Shown here one piece after another: positions 16,363 to 27,200 of a stretch of 32,569 nt of DNA. Made by a program: the position numbers and the translations under genes. Source of the stretch: a virus (lineage: Duplodnaviria > Caudoviricetes); IMG/VR virus record IMGVR_UViG_3300032884_000029, positions 1-32,569 of that record. One strand, written 5' to 3'. Numbering within the stretch: position 1 is the stretch's first letter; each line of letters begins with the position of its first letter. The notes below the pieces were generated by a model. It was not told the DNA's origin. It saw nothing but the letters and a program-made list of their open reading frames with translations, and did no database searches.

Positions 16363-16965
16363 ATGCCTAGTTCAGCAGACACATCGGCTTCGTACTCTCA
16401 GCGTGATTGGAAGAACTTGATGCTTGGAATCGGTGCGGGGCTTAAAGCCTACGACCCCAAGAACATGTTCGCTGGCGCGGGCGCTGCAATGCAGACGACT
16501 GCTGCTGCAGGTATTTCCGACATGAACGCTGAGGACCAAGATTTACGGCTAATGAGCGCTGAGCAACGCGCGCGTATGCGTCAGTTGGAAGATCAAGCCT
16601 ACAACAAGAAGGAAAAGGTTGCGGAGGAAGATCGACGCTACGAGCGGCTAAAGGAAACTGAAGGCCGTACCGACAAACGAAATCAGGCTAATGCCAGATT
16701 TTCGGCTGAACTTCCGTGGACGTTAGAGCGGGAGCGAAATGCCAAGTATCGAGGAGTTGAAAACGGTGTAACTAGCGCGGGAACAAAGGGGCCAGAAATG
16801 TCAGCGATGCTGAAAGGCATGTTGGACAACCTCATTGGAGGCCCAATTGATGCTTTGCCTCCAGCAGATCCATATGACGATAACCCTGCTCCTAGGCGAA
16901 GGTCTATGGCCGATATCCGTACAGACAACAAACGTTACGGACTTGACCGAAAGATTTACCGATGA
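16363..16965 (+). CDS. Putative ejection protein
   Basis: 200 aa, LMLGIGAGL...FAGAGAA segment followed by a charged coiled coil; AGGAGG SD. Confidence 0.55.
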   Translation: MPSSADTSASYSQRDWKNLMLGIGAGLKAYDPKNMFAGAGAAMQTTAAAGISDMNAEDQDLRLMSAEQRARMRQLEDQAYNKKEKVAEEDRRYERLKETEGRTDKRNQANARFSAELPWTLERERNAKYRGVENGVTSAGTKGPEMSAMLKGMLDNLIGGPIDALPPADPYDDNPAPRRRSMADIRTDNKRYGLDRKIYR

Positions 16966-18206
16966 TCAAAGATCAAGAACAAACAGACCCAGCGCTTGAC
17001 GATCCTATGGCTGAAGCCCCGCCTGCTATTTCCGATGCACCTGATATGGCAACGGATGCAGAGGGTGCCACTGATGAAGTTGGTGCTGCTGATGAGTATG
17101 ACCCAAGTCAAACGCCTACGCAGCCAAGCCAACAGTCGCTCATGGCCGCTGCTACGAAAGGCGAAGCGAGTCACATCAATGACTTTGACTTGACCTTGTC
17201 AGGAATTGTTGATGGAGATCCAGTGGGCCTAGAGACGTTTGATCTTGGCTACTTCAAGGATGGAACTCCGTCTATTTCCATCAACGGAGCGAACGTCCCT
17301 ATCCGAATGGATCAGTGGATGTCTCTGTTGACCATGCGCGAAAAGACAAGGGCTGAAGTTCGACAGAAGGTGGCCTTTGAAAAGAAGCGCAAAGACAGTG
17401 TCGATAAGGTTTCTAAACTTTTGAAGACCGTCCCGCTTGAGCCAGGATTGGCCGAACTATTTTCTGCCCAAGCGCAGATTGATCCTGCTCGCGCCATTGA
17501 AAACATGCAGCGTGTCTATGTAGCGCTTAAGACTAATGGAAGCAGGACATTGAAGAAGGACATGACTGGACAGTTGCAAGAGTCCAGGATCTTGCCAGAA
17601 CTTCAACGCATCATGACTAAGCGGGGCAAGAGGCAAACTACCGATGCGAATCTCAACACGGTTACCGTGGAGGTTCCTTCGCTTGTTCAGGAAAACGCGG
17701 AGCGATTGTTGTCGTCTGGCGATGATAATGATCAGTTTGCTGGGTTTGCGATTCAACAGGTTGCAAACATGTACCTCAGCCCAGAACTTAAAACCGCGCA
17801 TTCTGAAGAGCAGTTTGGGTTCTTTGACCGACTGGCAACTGATGGAGGCGCTCCATTCAGTCAAATGGGAATGTATGAGCGGATGCGCGCCATTACTTCT
17901 GTCCAAAATACCATCTGGCCCAATGGCGCCATGATTCCAAAGATGGATCCTCCTACGGACCCAGCAAAGATTCCAGAATTTAGGCAGTATCTAACTCGCC
18001 TAGACGAGTGGGCTGCTAACAACTTTGGGTATTCCATTTCTACCCCTGCGGCAATCAACAATGCGGCAGTTACTTTAATGGCGCGCGCAGCGGCCCAAAG
18101 TCCTCAAGCAGCACCTGCTGCTCGACCTACTCCTCCTGCCGCACCAGCCCCTGCTGCTGCCCCTGCTCCTGCCCCTGCCGCATATCCACCAGAGAATGAC
18201 ATCTAA
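16962..18206 (+). CDS. Putative ejection protein
   Basis: 414 aa, acidic N-terminus, helical core, Pro/Ala-rich C-terminus; coupled to both neighbours. Confidence 0.55.
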   Translation: MIKDQEQTDPALDDPMAEAPPAISDAPDMATDAEGATDEVGAADEYDPSQTPTQPSQQSLMAAATKGEASHINDFDLTLSGIVDGDPVGLETFDLGYFKDGTPSISINGANVPIRMDQWMSLLTMREKTRAEVRQKVAFEKKRKDSVDKVSKLLKTVPLEPGLAELFSAQAQIDPARAIENMQRVYVALKTNGSRTLKKDMTGQLQESRILPELQRIMTKRGKRQTTDANLNTVTVEVPSLVQENAERLLSSGDDNDQFAGFAIQQVANMYLSPELKTAHSEEQFGFFDRLATDGGAPFSQMGMYERMRAITSVQNTIWPNGAMIPKMDPPTDPAKIPEFRQYLTRLDEWAANNFGYSISTPAAINNAAVTLMARAAAQSPQAAPAARPTPPAAPAPAAAPAPAPAAYPPENDI

Positions 18207-21200
18207 TGAACGATTCTAAAAGTCGGACATTTGCTCGCGAGTTGTCCAAGAAACTGCAGCCGTTTAAGGCTAATCCTAAATGGCTAGAGCAAAGTTCTTC
18301 TGGTGATCTCTTTAGACAATCGTCTGTTGCAAGTGCGACAGACGATATTTTAAATGAGTTCGATGATGCTGCATATATGCAACTAGCCAAGTTGCCTATT
18401 GAGGGATCAATTCAAGCGGTCGCTCCAAAGGATCAGGAACAGGGTTTGATTCGGACTGAGGTGGCGGGAAGTACGGCGTCTCACCGATATGAATCAACTA
18501 ACCCGATGGTCAACCAATTCGTTGCCGCGCGTAGGTTGAACTACCAGAATGGGAAGCCGTCTCCAAAGTGGGATGATTTTTCCAAGAACTATCGTGGAAC
18601 GGCCATGACGATGGTTCAGGGTCTTATCTCCACGGCTACCACTGGCTTTGAAGGCATCATGGGAGGTATGGCTTCGGGCATCTTAGAGACTGAAAAAGCA
18701 GTCGGAGACGATGAATTTGAGTGGAAGGACTACCTTCCTAATTCCACGTTTTTTCCAAAGGCTGACAAGTATTCTCCTAGTGGAAACTACTTGGCTTCGA
18801 GCGAAAAGGGCCAGCAGGAGATTGCTTTGGCAAAGAGCGATCCAAATATGGCCAAACAGTTTGAGGAGAATCGCATTGAATTGCGGACGCTTGCTGGGCA
18901 ACAGGCCGCTAAGGCTGCCAAAGAGAATGCCCGTTCAGTAACGAACTTTCTCACCTTTGGATTTGCGTCAGATCTTGCTGGCCCTGATCCAAATAACCCA
19001 AGCCTCATCAATGAGCGACTTGGCCGTGGTTCAAGTCCAGCATTGGTCAAGACCGCAGAGATGCTTGGTTCTGCCATTGGAACTCTTCCAGTCGTAGTTC
19101 CTGGAATGTTGCTTGGGCGCGCAGACTTGGCTGTCGCATCCACTATTCCGTTCTACTGGAGTGGGTACAACCAATCTTGGGATAACCGATACAACGTCTG
19201 GAAGCAGCAGCGGCAGTTTGCAGAGGAAAACGGCATTGACATGCCTTTGCCTCCATCCATGTCTGACATGGAATCTGCTGCCACTATGCAGGGACTCATT
19301 GAGGTTGGATCTGAAGGAACGGGAAACCTGCTAACGCTAGGAGTTCTCAAGGCGCCTTCAGTCGGCAATTTCGTGCGTTCCAAGTTGGGAATGACCCCAA
19401 AGATTAAGCCTGCAATCATTGAACCGACTCTGTCCGAATTGGAGCGGCAATTTGCGCGCCCAAGGGGATGGAAGAAGGCAGTGAACACGGCAGAGAAGAT
19501 TGTGGTGGCAGGTTTGATCGAAGGCCCGCTTGAAGAGGGAGTCCCACAAGTAGGTCAAGTAATCCTGGACAAGTTTTACACGCCACGGGAATACCAATCG
19601 TCGTTCTTCACTGCTGAAACTGCGGAACAAATGACTGTTGGTGCTATGGCGGGAGGCATGTTTGCTGGCTACTCAGAGGCAAGCACTGGCCTCAAGGCTC
19701 GAAGTGCCGAAGCAAAACTTGCTGATGCCATCGAAAAAAATGACATGACGTCAATTGTTTCTGGCGAACTGATCAAGGCTCAGCAAGAGGCCAAGATCGA
19801 GATGCTGTCGCCAAAGGCTCCTGTTGGCAAGGAGGGCAAGACTAGGTTCTCCATCTCGACTAACGCTACGTCTGCTCGCGGTTCATCGATGGCGATGGCG
19901 CAGTTAGACGACATTGCTGCTGGAAAGCGCTCTGCGCTGTTTGTTGAGCCGAACGATGTTGCGGAAACGTTGACTACAGGAGTCAAGGCCCGCATGGATG
20001 CGTTGCAAATGACGCTCAATCCAATTGCGATGGTCGGTGGCAAACTTGTCTTTACGTCAAAGGCCAAGGTGCAAGAAGTTCTTGGCATGATTCAGAACGA
20101 CGATGCTGAGGGACTAACTGGCCACCCAGTTATGTGGACTCAAGAGTCTGGACTCGCCGTTGGCGCATTCGTATTCAGGGATTCTAAGAACGACATTGCC
20201 GATGTCGTTGTGTATTCCGATTCTGAACAGGCTAAGACACAAGTATCAATGATGGAGCATCGCGCTGGCCTGTCTGGCCAGACTGTTTCTGTAGTTGAAG
20301 GTGAAGAACTCGCATCGATTTCATCTACCGTCCAGAAGCAAGTGAACATGGATTCGCTTGCCAACGGAATGCCTACTCAGGCTCGACGTGGACCAAGCAA
20401 GAAGCAGAAGATCCGTGGGCGCATATCGGTAACGATGGCCGTAGAAGACGACGCTGCCCTGTCAAAGCAGTCAAAGGTTGATGATCAGGGGTATGTCCAT
20501 GAGCATGATCCCGAAGCGCCTTTCTCTTCCCCATACCTGTCTGTACAAGAGGTCGGTGGAGCAAAGAACAGCGACGTCACTGTAAAGGCGAACATCTCAG
20601 AGGTCCCTGACGCCAAACTCTCTGAAGGAGAGCGGAAACTCAAGGCCGCTGTTACATCTCCGATCATCTTGGAAGGCGACGTGACCTTCACCATCAAGAA
20701 CAAAGATGGTTCTAAGAGGGTGATCAGAAAGCCAACTCGCCAAAATGGAATGTTCTCCGAACAGGCCACCCCAGATGGGTTGTTTCTGTTTCGTGACAAC
20801 AAGGGGACCGCGTTCACTGCTCGCAATGCGTGGGCTATCGCGCTCCATGAGATCACTCACGGGATCGGTCGATCTACCAAGGCTGGCGCAGAATTCATCT
20901 CTAAACTAGTCCACCTTGACCCCGTGTTTGCTATGAGCGGAGGCGCTCGCTACATGTCAACGCTTGGTGGAGATCCACGAACCAGGGGCATGTCTGAGCC
21001 TCAAGTAATCTCGTATTACGCTGGTCTGTGGCGCGCCGCCACTGCAATCCTTGCCGACGAGAAGTCCACGCGCGTACAAAAGGAAGACGCGCGGGAGGGC
21101 CTTGCGCGAGTTAGATCCTTTGCAGAGGAATCGACCGCGACGGTCCATGACGTCCCATCAGATAACGTCACTGCACGGGCAATTGAATGGGAGACATCAA

Positions 21201-24200
21201 CTAAGAATTCCCATAACAGGAGTTGGAAGAATTTCGCTGACTGGCTTTCCGCTGTACTTGTTAACCACAACTACTCAGGCAAGGAAGCCAAGCAGGCGGT
21301 ATTCACGATCAAGCAGATCATGGAAGGCGCCAGCGCAAGCGAGATGAAGGTCCATTCCGACTTCTCAAAGAAGGTTGAGAGCAACTACCTCAATTCAATG
21401 GCTCGATACGGTCGTGCTGTAACTGCTGCTGGTGGACCAGAGGCAAAGCCTGCTGCTGCTACCGCTCAGACTTCTAACGCTGCTGCGCCACTTCCTTCGC
21501 TTCGTCCTACTGCAACTGAGGGCGTTGGCACGTTCATCAACGCAGACGCAGATCAGCGTAAGCGGTCCGCGCCCAAGTCAGACGCAATGAGTTCTTTGAA
21601 GCCCCGTGGAAGGGGGCCTATTGAAGACGCAAAGGCCGAAGTTGCTCGTCTTGGTCGAGAGTCGATTTCCGACAGCAATACCTTCTTCAAGCAGCGATGG
21701 GCAACTCTGCTTGCTGGAACTGGCAAACAGTTGGCGCTTGACCCGAAGAACTTCAATAAGGCTGCAAAACTTGCGATCAAGGACATCGCGGTGTTCCTTC
21801 GTGATAACCCGAAGTTTTCTGACTACTACAGGAAAGACTGGGAAGTAAGCCGATCAATCTTGTCAGACTACATTCAGCGCCCGATTACCGAAGACGAAAT
21901 GTTGTTCTTCAGGGTATTTGCTGGGTTGAACTCGCCCAACACCAAATTGCCTAGCAACATGGGTGATGCGGTGAATTTCCTTCTTCATTGGATCAAGGCT
22001 GGATCTTTCTCTCAGATCAGGCTTGGGCCAAAGCCAGGCACTGGGACGATCATTGTCGAAAGGTCGCCGTTCCCGATCAGCGGAACTACTGCAAATATCA
22101 AGAGCAGGTCGGTCAAGGCTGTAGAGAAACTGGTTCGGGAACTTGGTTCAGTAAAAGCCGCTGTTGAACATCTTCAAGAAGAAGTGCCTGTCAAGGAACT
22201 CCATGCCTTTAAGAAGAGCATGGGCTACAAGGGCGGCGTTGGCGGCATCGGGAACATCAAGACCCTGGTGATGGAAGCCACTGGACAGGACACGAACATC
22301 CCTAGGATGTTCATCTTTGGACAGAAGGTTGGCGCCTACACGCTCAATGCGGTCGGTGATGGTCGATACACGACCATTGACATCTGGGAATCCCGATTCA
22401 TCCGCAGTTACTTTGAGAAAATGTTTGAGAATAACACTGGTCTGCCCGTTGGCATGGCCGAACACGATGTGTTCACTGAGTTCAACAAGATCTTTAAGCA
22501 AGAGTTTGAGAAGCAATCTGGAACTGTGCTGGAAGCATCTGCTCTCCAAGCCATCCGCTGGTTCTACATCATCGATTCAGCCATGAAGGCTGGGTACAAC
22601 AAGGCGACCACCAATGAAACCATCAGTTTCTACACCGAACGAGCGCTCAAGCGCAAGCATGGATATGTCCCTTCAAAATCTGATAACGGCGGTGGGCGAC
22701 AAAGCGATGCTGATCGCGCAGCAGCGGGAGTCAGTCCGAAACCGCAGTATGCCGAAGGAAAATTTGGAAAGCGCGCCCCAGGGTACGGAGGAAGCCTCGC
22801 GCGTCTGAGGGACAAGAAGTTCTTGACGATGGCAAAGCGCGGGACGCTGGCAAGTCTTCGAGAAACGCTAGACGATCCGTCTAGCGGTCTTACCCCAACT
22901 CAAGTCACCTTCTTCTCCGCCTTGGGTCGCGGAATTGATGCCATCAGCACCGATGATAAATTCAAAGCCACTCCTGATAAGTGGCGCCAATACATCGGCA
23001 AAATGGTTAAGGACGGGAAGATCAAACAGACTGAGGTTGAGTGGTCTGGTGTTCTTGACTACATAAAGATGGTTGAGAACGAAGCGCTATATAGATTCTC
23101 ACAAGAAGTGAGAGATTTTGATGGAATAATTGGAGATGGACCAAAGTTAGATGACCAAGTAACCAAAGAGAACATTCTCCTAGTTCTTAACCAAAGCGCC
23201 GTTGCGAAGATTCTTGTGCTGAGGCAGGGTTACATACCTCCAGATATTACAAGCGAGCAAACGGATCCCTCTAGCCCCCAGTACCAGTTCACTAATACTG
23301 GAAACCGTGGTGATTACGGGCCGACATCTCGTTATGAAGGTCTTTCAACGCCCAATACCGAAGACTATGTCGAAGAGATTTTGAAGTTTGAAGAACCCAC
23401 TGGAGTTGCCCAAGACGAATTTAATTGGAGAAGCCCCCACTGGCGGTGGCAAGGCGTTATCGCACATGTCAGACGTGTTACCAGAATGCTTGGTGCCATC
23501 AAGGAAATGCTCGTTGATGAGGCGCAATCTGACCAAGGTCAGGCGGTTAACAAAGTAGTTGATGGCAAAAGAGTTGGAATGCTTGATCGGATTAACACGT
23601 TTCCACAAAGAGAGGAGCATCTTTCCCGCTTGGCTATGTATGCAAGGAATGATGCTGCGGAGTGGGCAGATCTTGCTGTATTGAATGAGGCTAATGAGTA
23701 TTTTGATTACACCGCTGACAGACTTTTATGGGCTTATTACTCTCCAAATTGGTTAAGAGATCATTACAGCGCTAACCAAGGGCTTCCGAATCATTCTTGG
23801 CTTGAGTCAGGGCAAAGAATGGATCTCGAAGAGAAATTCTTTAGAGGCTACATAGCCCCTCTAACGGTTGAAGATCCTGAAAACCCTGGTGTTATGACAT
23901 CGAATGAAGCCTTGTATGAAAGGCAATTCAAAGCCGTTAGGGAAGAAGGAAAGGCAAATGAAAAAAAGTTGCCAGCAGCGCCATTCTTTGAGGACACAAG
24001 TGCTTGGCTTAACCTTTTAATTCGTCACACCATTATGAGGGCGGTCAACGAGGGCTTTGACCAGATTGCAATCATTGATGGAGAAGCGGCGGTCCAGCGA
24101 TACAGAGATGCATTGACTGAGGCCGTTGGACTTGTGGTAATTAAACCGAATACCGAATTTGACGGCTTCTATGACTTTGAGGTTTACTCAGAGGTTGCAG

Positions 24201-27200
24201 ATCGCACTCCTGTTGCAACAAAGTCTAAGGTGAAAGAAATTGATATCGCTACTTACTTCGGTGAGGACGCGGCCAAGCAATTGGTTGAGGAAGCAAAGAA
24301 ATTTAAGGCGCCTGTAGAGGATCCTCAGATAAATGAAGAGGAGTTGACGGTCGGACAAAGATTCCAACGAGATCGAAAGCGACGAGGCGCACAAGTAAAG
24401 GGCGCTGATATTCGATTTGGCGGTCACGGAATGCGCGTTTTCTACGATCAACACTATCCAGCCGCGCTTGCTAAGCAAATCAGAATGCTGGGTGGAACTG
24501 GACTTGAAACAAGAGTCGAAGAACTCACTCAAGATGAAAAGGATTTGAACGAGGCAATCAACCAAGACGGTCCATTGCGAAATTTAATCCGAAGACAATT
24601 CTCTATCAACGACCCCGATTTCTGGATTCATTCCACAAACCTTACGGACGACGGCTCAAATTTTGGTGTACATAGAGGACTTGCGATTGGTGGAACAAGC
24701 AGTGCAACACCACAAGAACGTAATTACACGGCGGCTAATTACGATCCCTTGAGCGCTGTGCGAACCGCAATACAGGATGGAAAACGAGTTATTCTTGCTG
24801 TTGCAACGAAGCAGTATGAATTGTATTGGACTTCCCAAAATCGTTGGGATAGTAAAGATAGCCGTACTGTAATTTGTAGTACTGAAGCGCAATTAGATGC
24901 TCTCATCACAGCGCTTGCTGAACAAAGCGCTTCTAATCGCCCATATGGGCCAGTACAAGCGCGTTACAATCCTGACGACAATCCAGATCTCGCCCCCATA
25001 TTTACTTACTTGCCAATAGTTGCTTGGGCGAGACTTGATCAGCAGGGGTGGGGAAAGCCAACCAAAAATACGCCCGTAAAATTCGTAAAGGTCAACGACG
25101 CGGTAAGAAAAAACGTTCGGAGGCTTGGTGGCCTTTCAATGTTCTCTATGCGTATTGGCCCTGCGGGCGTCAGAGACGCCGCTGTTCAGCAGATCTTCGA
25201 TAAGTTCGATCCTCTGCTGCAGTACGCGCGCACTGCTGCTCCGCGACATCCTGGAGGCAACCTTCCCGACACACACAACCCATATCTGGGTGCCAGATTG
25301 TTGGATAGCCTCAACGGCGGCATGATGTTGGCCGCAAGGCGCCGAAATTCTGCGTTGCTTCGCTCTATGGCAAACAACGGCATTGAACTGGAGGTCATGG
25401 ACCAGTTCTTGTTGGCACAACATGCAGAATCCCGCAACGCGGTCATCGCAGCGCGTCATCCTGGAGATCCTGCTTGGGCTGACGGTGGATCTGGCATGAC
25501 CAATCAGGATGCTGCGGATCTTCTCAATGACGCGGCGATGACGGGCGCCTTGCCACAACTACAGGCTCACGCAGATCAGTGGCGAGCGATCTTGACTGAG
25601 GCGATGGACAACCGACAAGCGGAAGGTTTGATCACAGGCGACTACAGGCGCCGTCTTGATGCGATGTGGAAGAACTACGTTCCACTGCGCGGACAGCCTG
25701 TTGAACCGTTTGATGAGTTGTTCGAGAACTACGACAACATGATCGGCAAGTCGTTGTCTACGGAATCGCTTGGGCTTCCATCAGCCACTGGCCGCAGGTC
25801 TGTGGCAGAGGGAATCACGTCGCAGATTGCGTTCGTAGAGGAAGACACGATCAGGCGCATCAATCGAAATCAGATTGGTCGAGCGTTTCTAAATCTTGTT
25901 CTCGATACAAACGATATCGGGATGGCGCAGGTAATTACCCCAAATCCAACCGTGACCAGACTGGTCAACGGTGTTGCGCGTGTCATGCACGACAACAGGT
26001 GGATGCTTGAAGACCGAAACTTCGGCCTGTACACCAATCAGGACATGACCATCAACGGTCATGACTACCAAATTGGCGATCAGATCGTCATCCAAATCAA
26101 CAACCCTCGTTTGCTGACTGCTCTAAAGCAGCCAGGAGTTGACATCGGGTGGTTCGGCAGGGCGATTCAAACGGTGGGAAATGCTTGGCGGTTCATGACC
26201 ACAGGCATGGGAAATCCTGCGTTTGCCCCTGTCAACTTGTTTCGAGACGTTGGAATGGGCCTCATCACCAACTATTCGCAAAGAGGTGTGCGCGATACGT
26301 TGGGAATGCTTGGAAATTACGCGGGGTCATTCGCAAACGTTTGGGTGGACAACTACCTGAACAGAGGTCCAACTGGACATAACGCGGATTGGGTCGCGGC
26401 TGGTGGAGATCAGATCCGATCTAGCAAGCAAGATTTGCGGGAGAAGTCAGAAGAGTTTGACCGCCTGTATGCGATTGCGGCTCGACGAGATCCCAATGCC
26501 CAATCAGTGTTGCGAATGGCTGGCGGTTGGTATCCCGCATTCTTTGAGGCAAGTGAGAAGGCCACTCGATTGGCTACCTTCAGGCAGCGCATCGAGGCAG
26601 GAGATACAGCACCCCAAGCGGCACTTGCATCTAGGGATATCACTGTGGACTTTGAGAAGGGCGGCATCGTCAAGCCAATTCTCAACAACAGTTACATGTT
26701 TATGAACGCAGGTCTTCAAGGAACTGCAAACGTCCGTAGAGCGGTGTTTGAAACACTGACGTTGGCGCCGACGCTGTTTGCGTTTGGATTCATCATGTCC
26801 ACCCTTGCCCGATTCATGTCGGGTCGAGATGAAGAGAAGGACCAGTGGAACTACGACTCCCTGAGCGATTACGAGAAGTCTGCGTTCATGCACTTCTATT
26901 CGCCATCAGGTAGTGGTCGTTACATCGCCTTGCCGATGGCCTACGGCTACAACGTATTCACGTCGATGGGCGCTCGCGTCAGCGACGTTGTGTTCGGTCG
27001 CGGCAAGGCTGGCGATCTGGCAAGCGGGATGATTTCCGATGCCATGAATTCATTCCTGCCGTTTGGCGGAAGCGGCATTCGAGAGGGCGTCACGCCGTTT
27101 GCTAACTCGATGGCTCCAACTATGGTTCGCCCTGTGGCGGAACTGGCAACCAATACTGACTGGCAGAACAAGCCGATTTACCCCAAGGGCATGGGAAATA

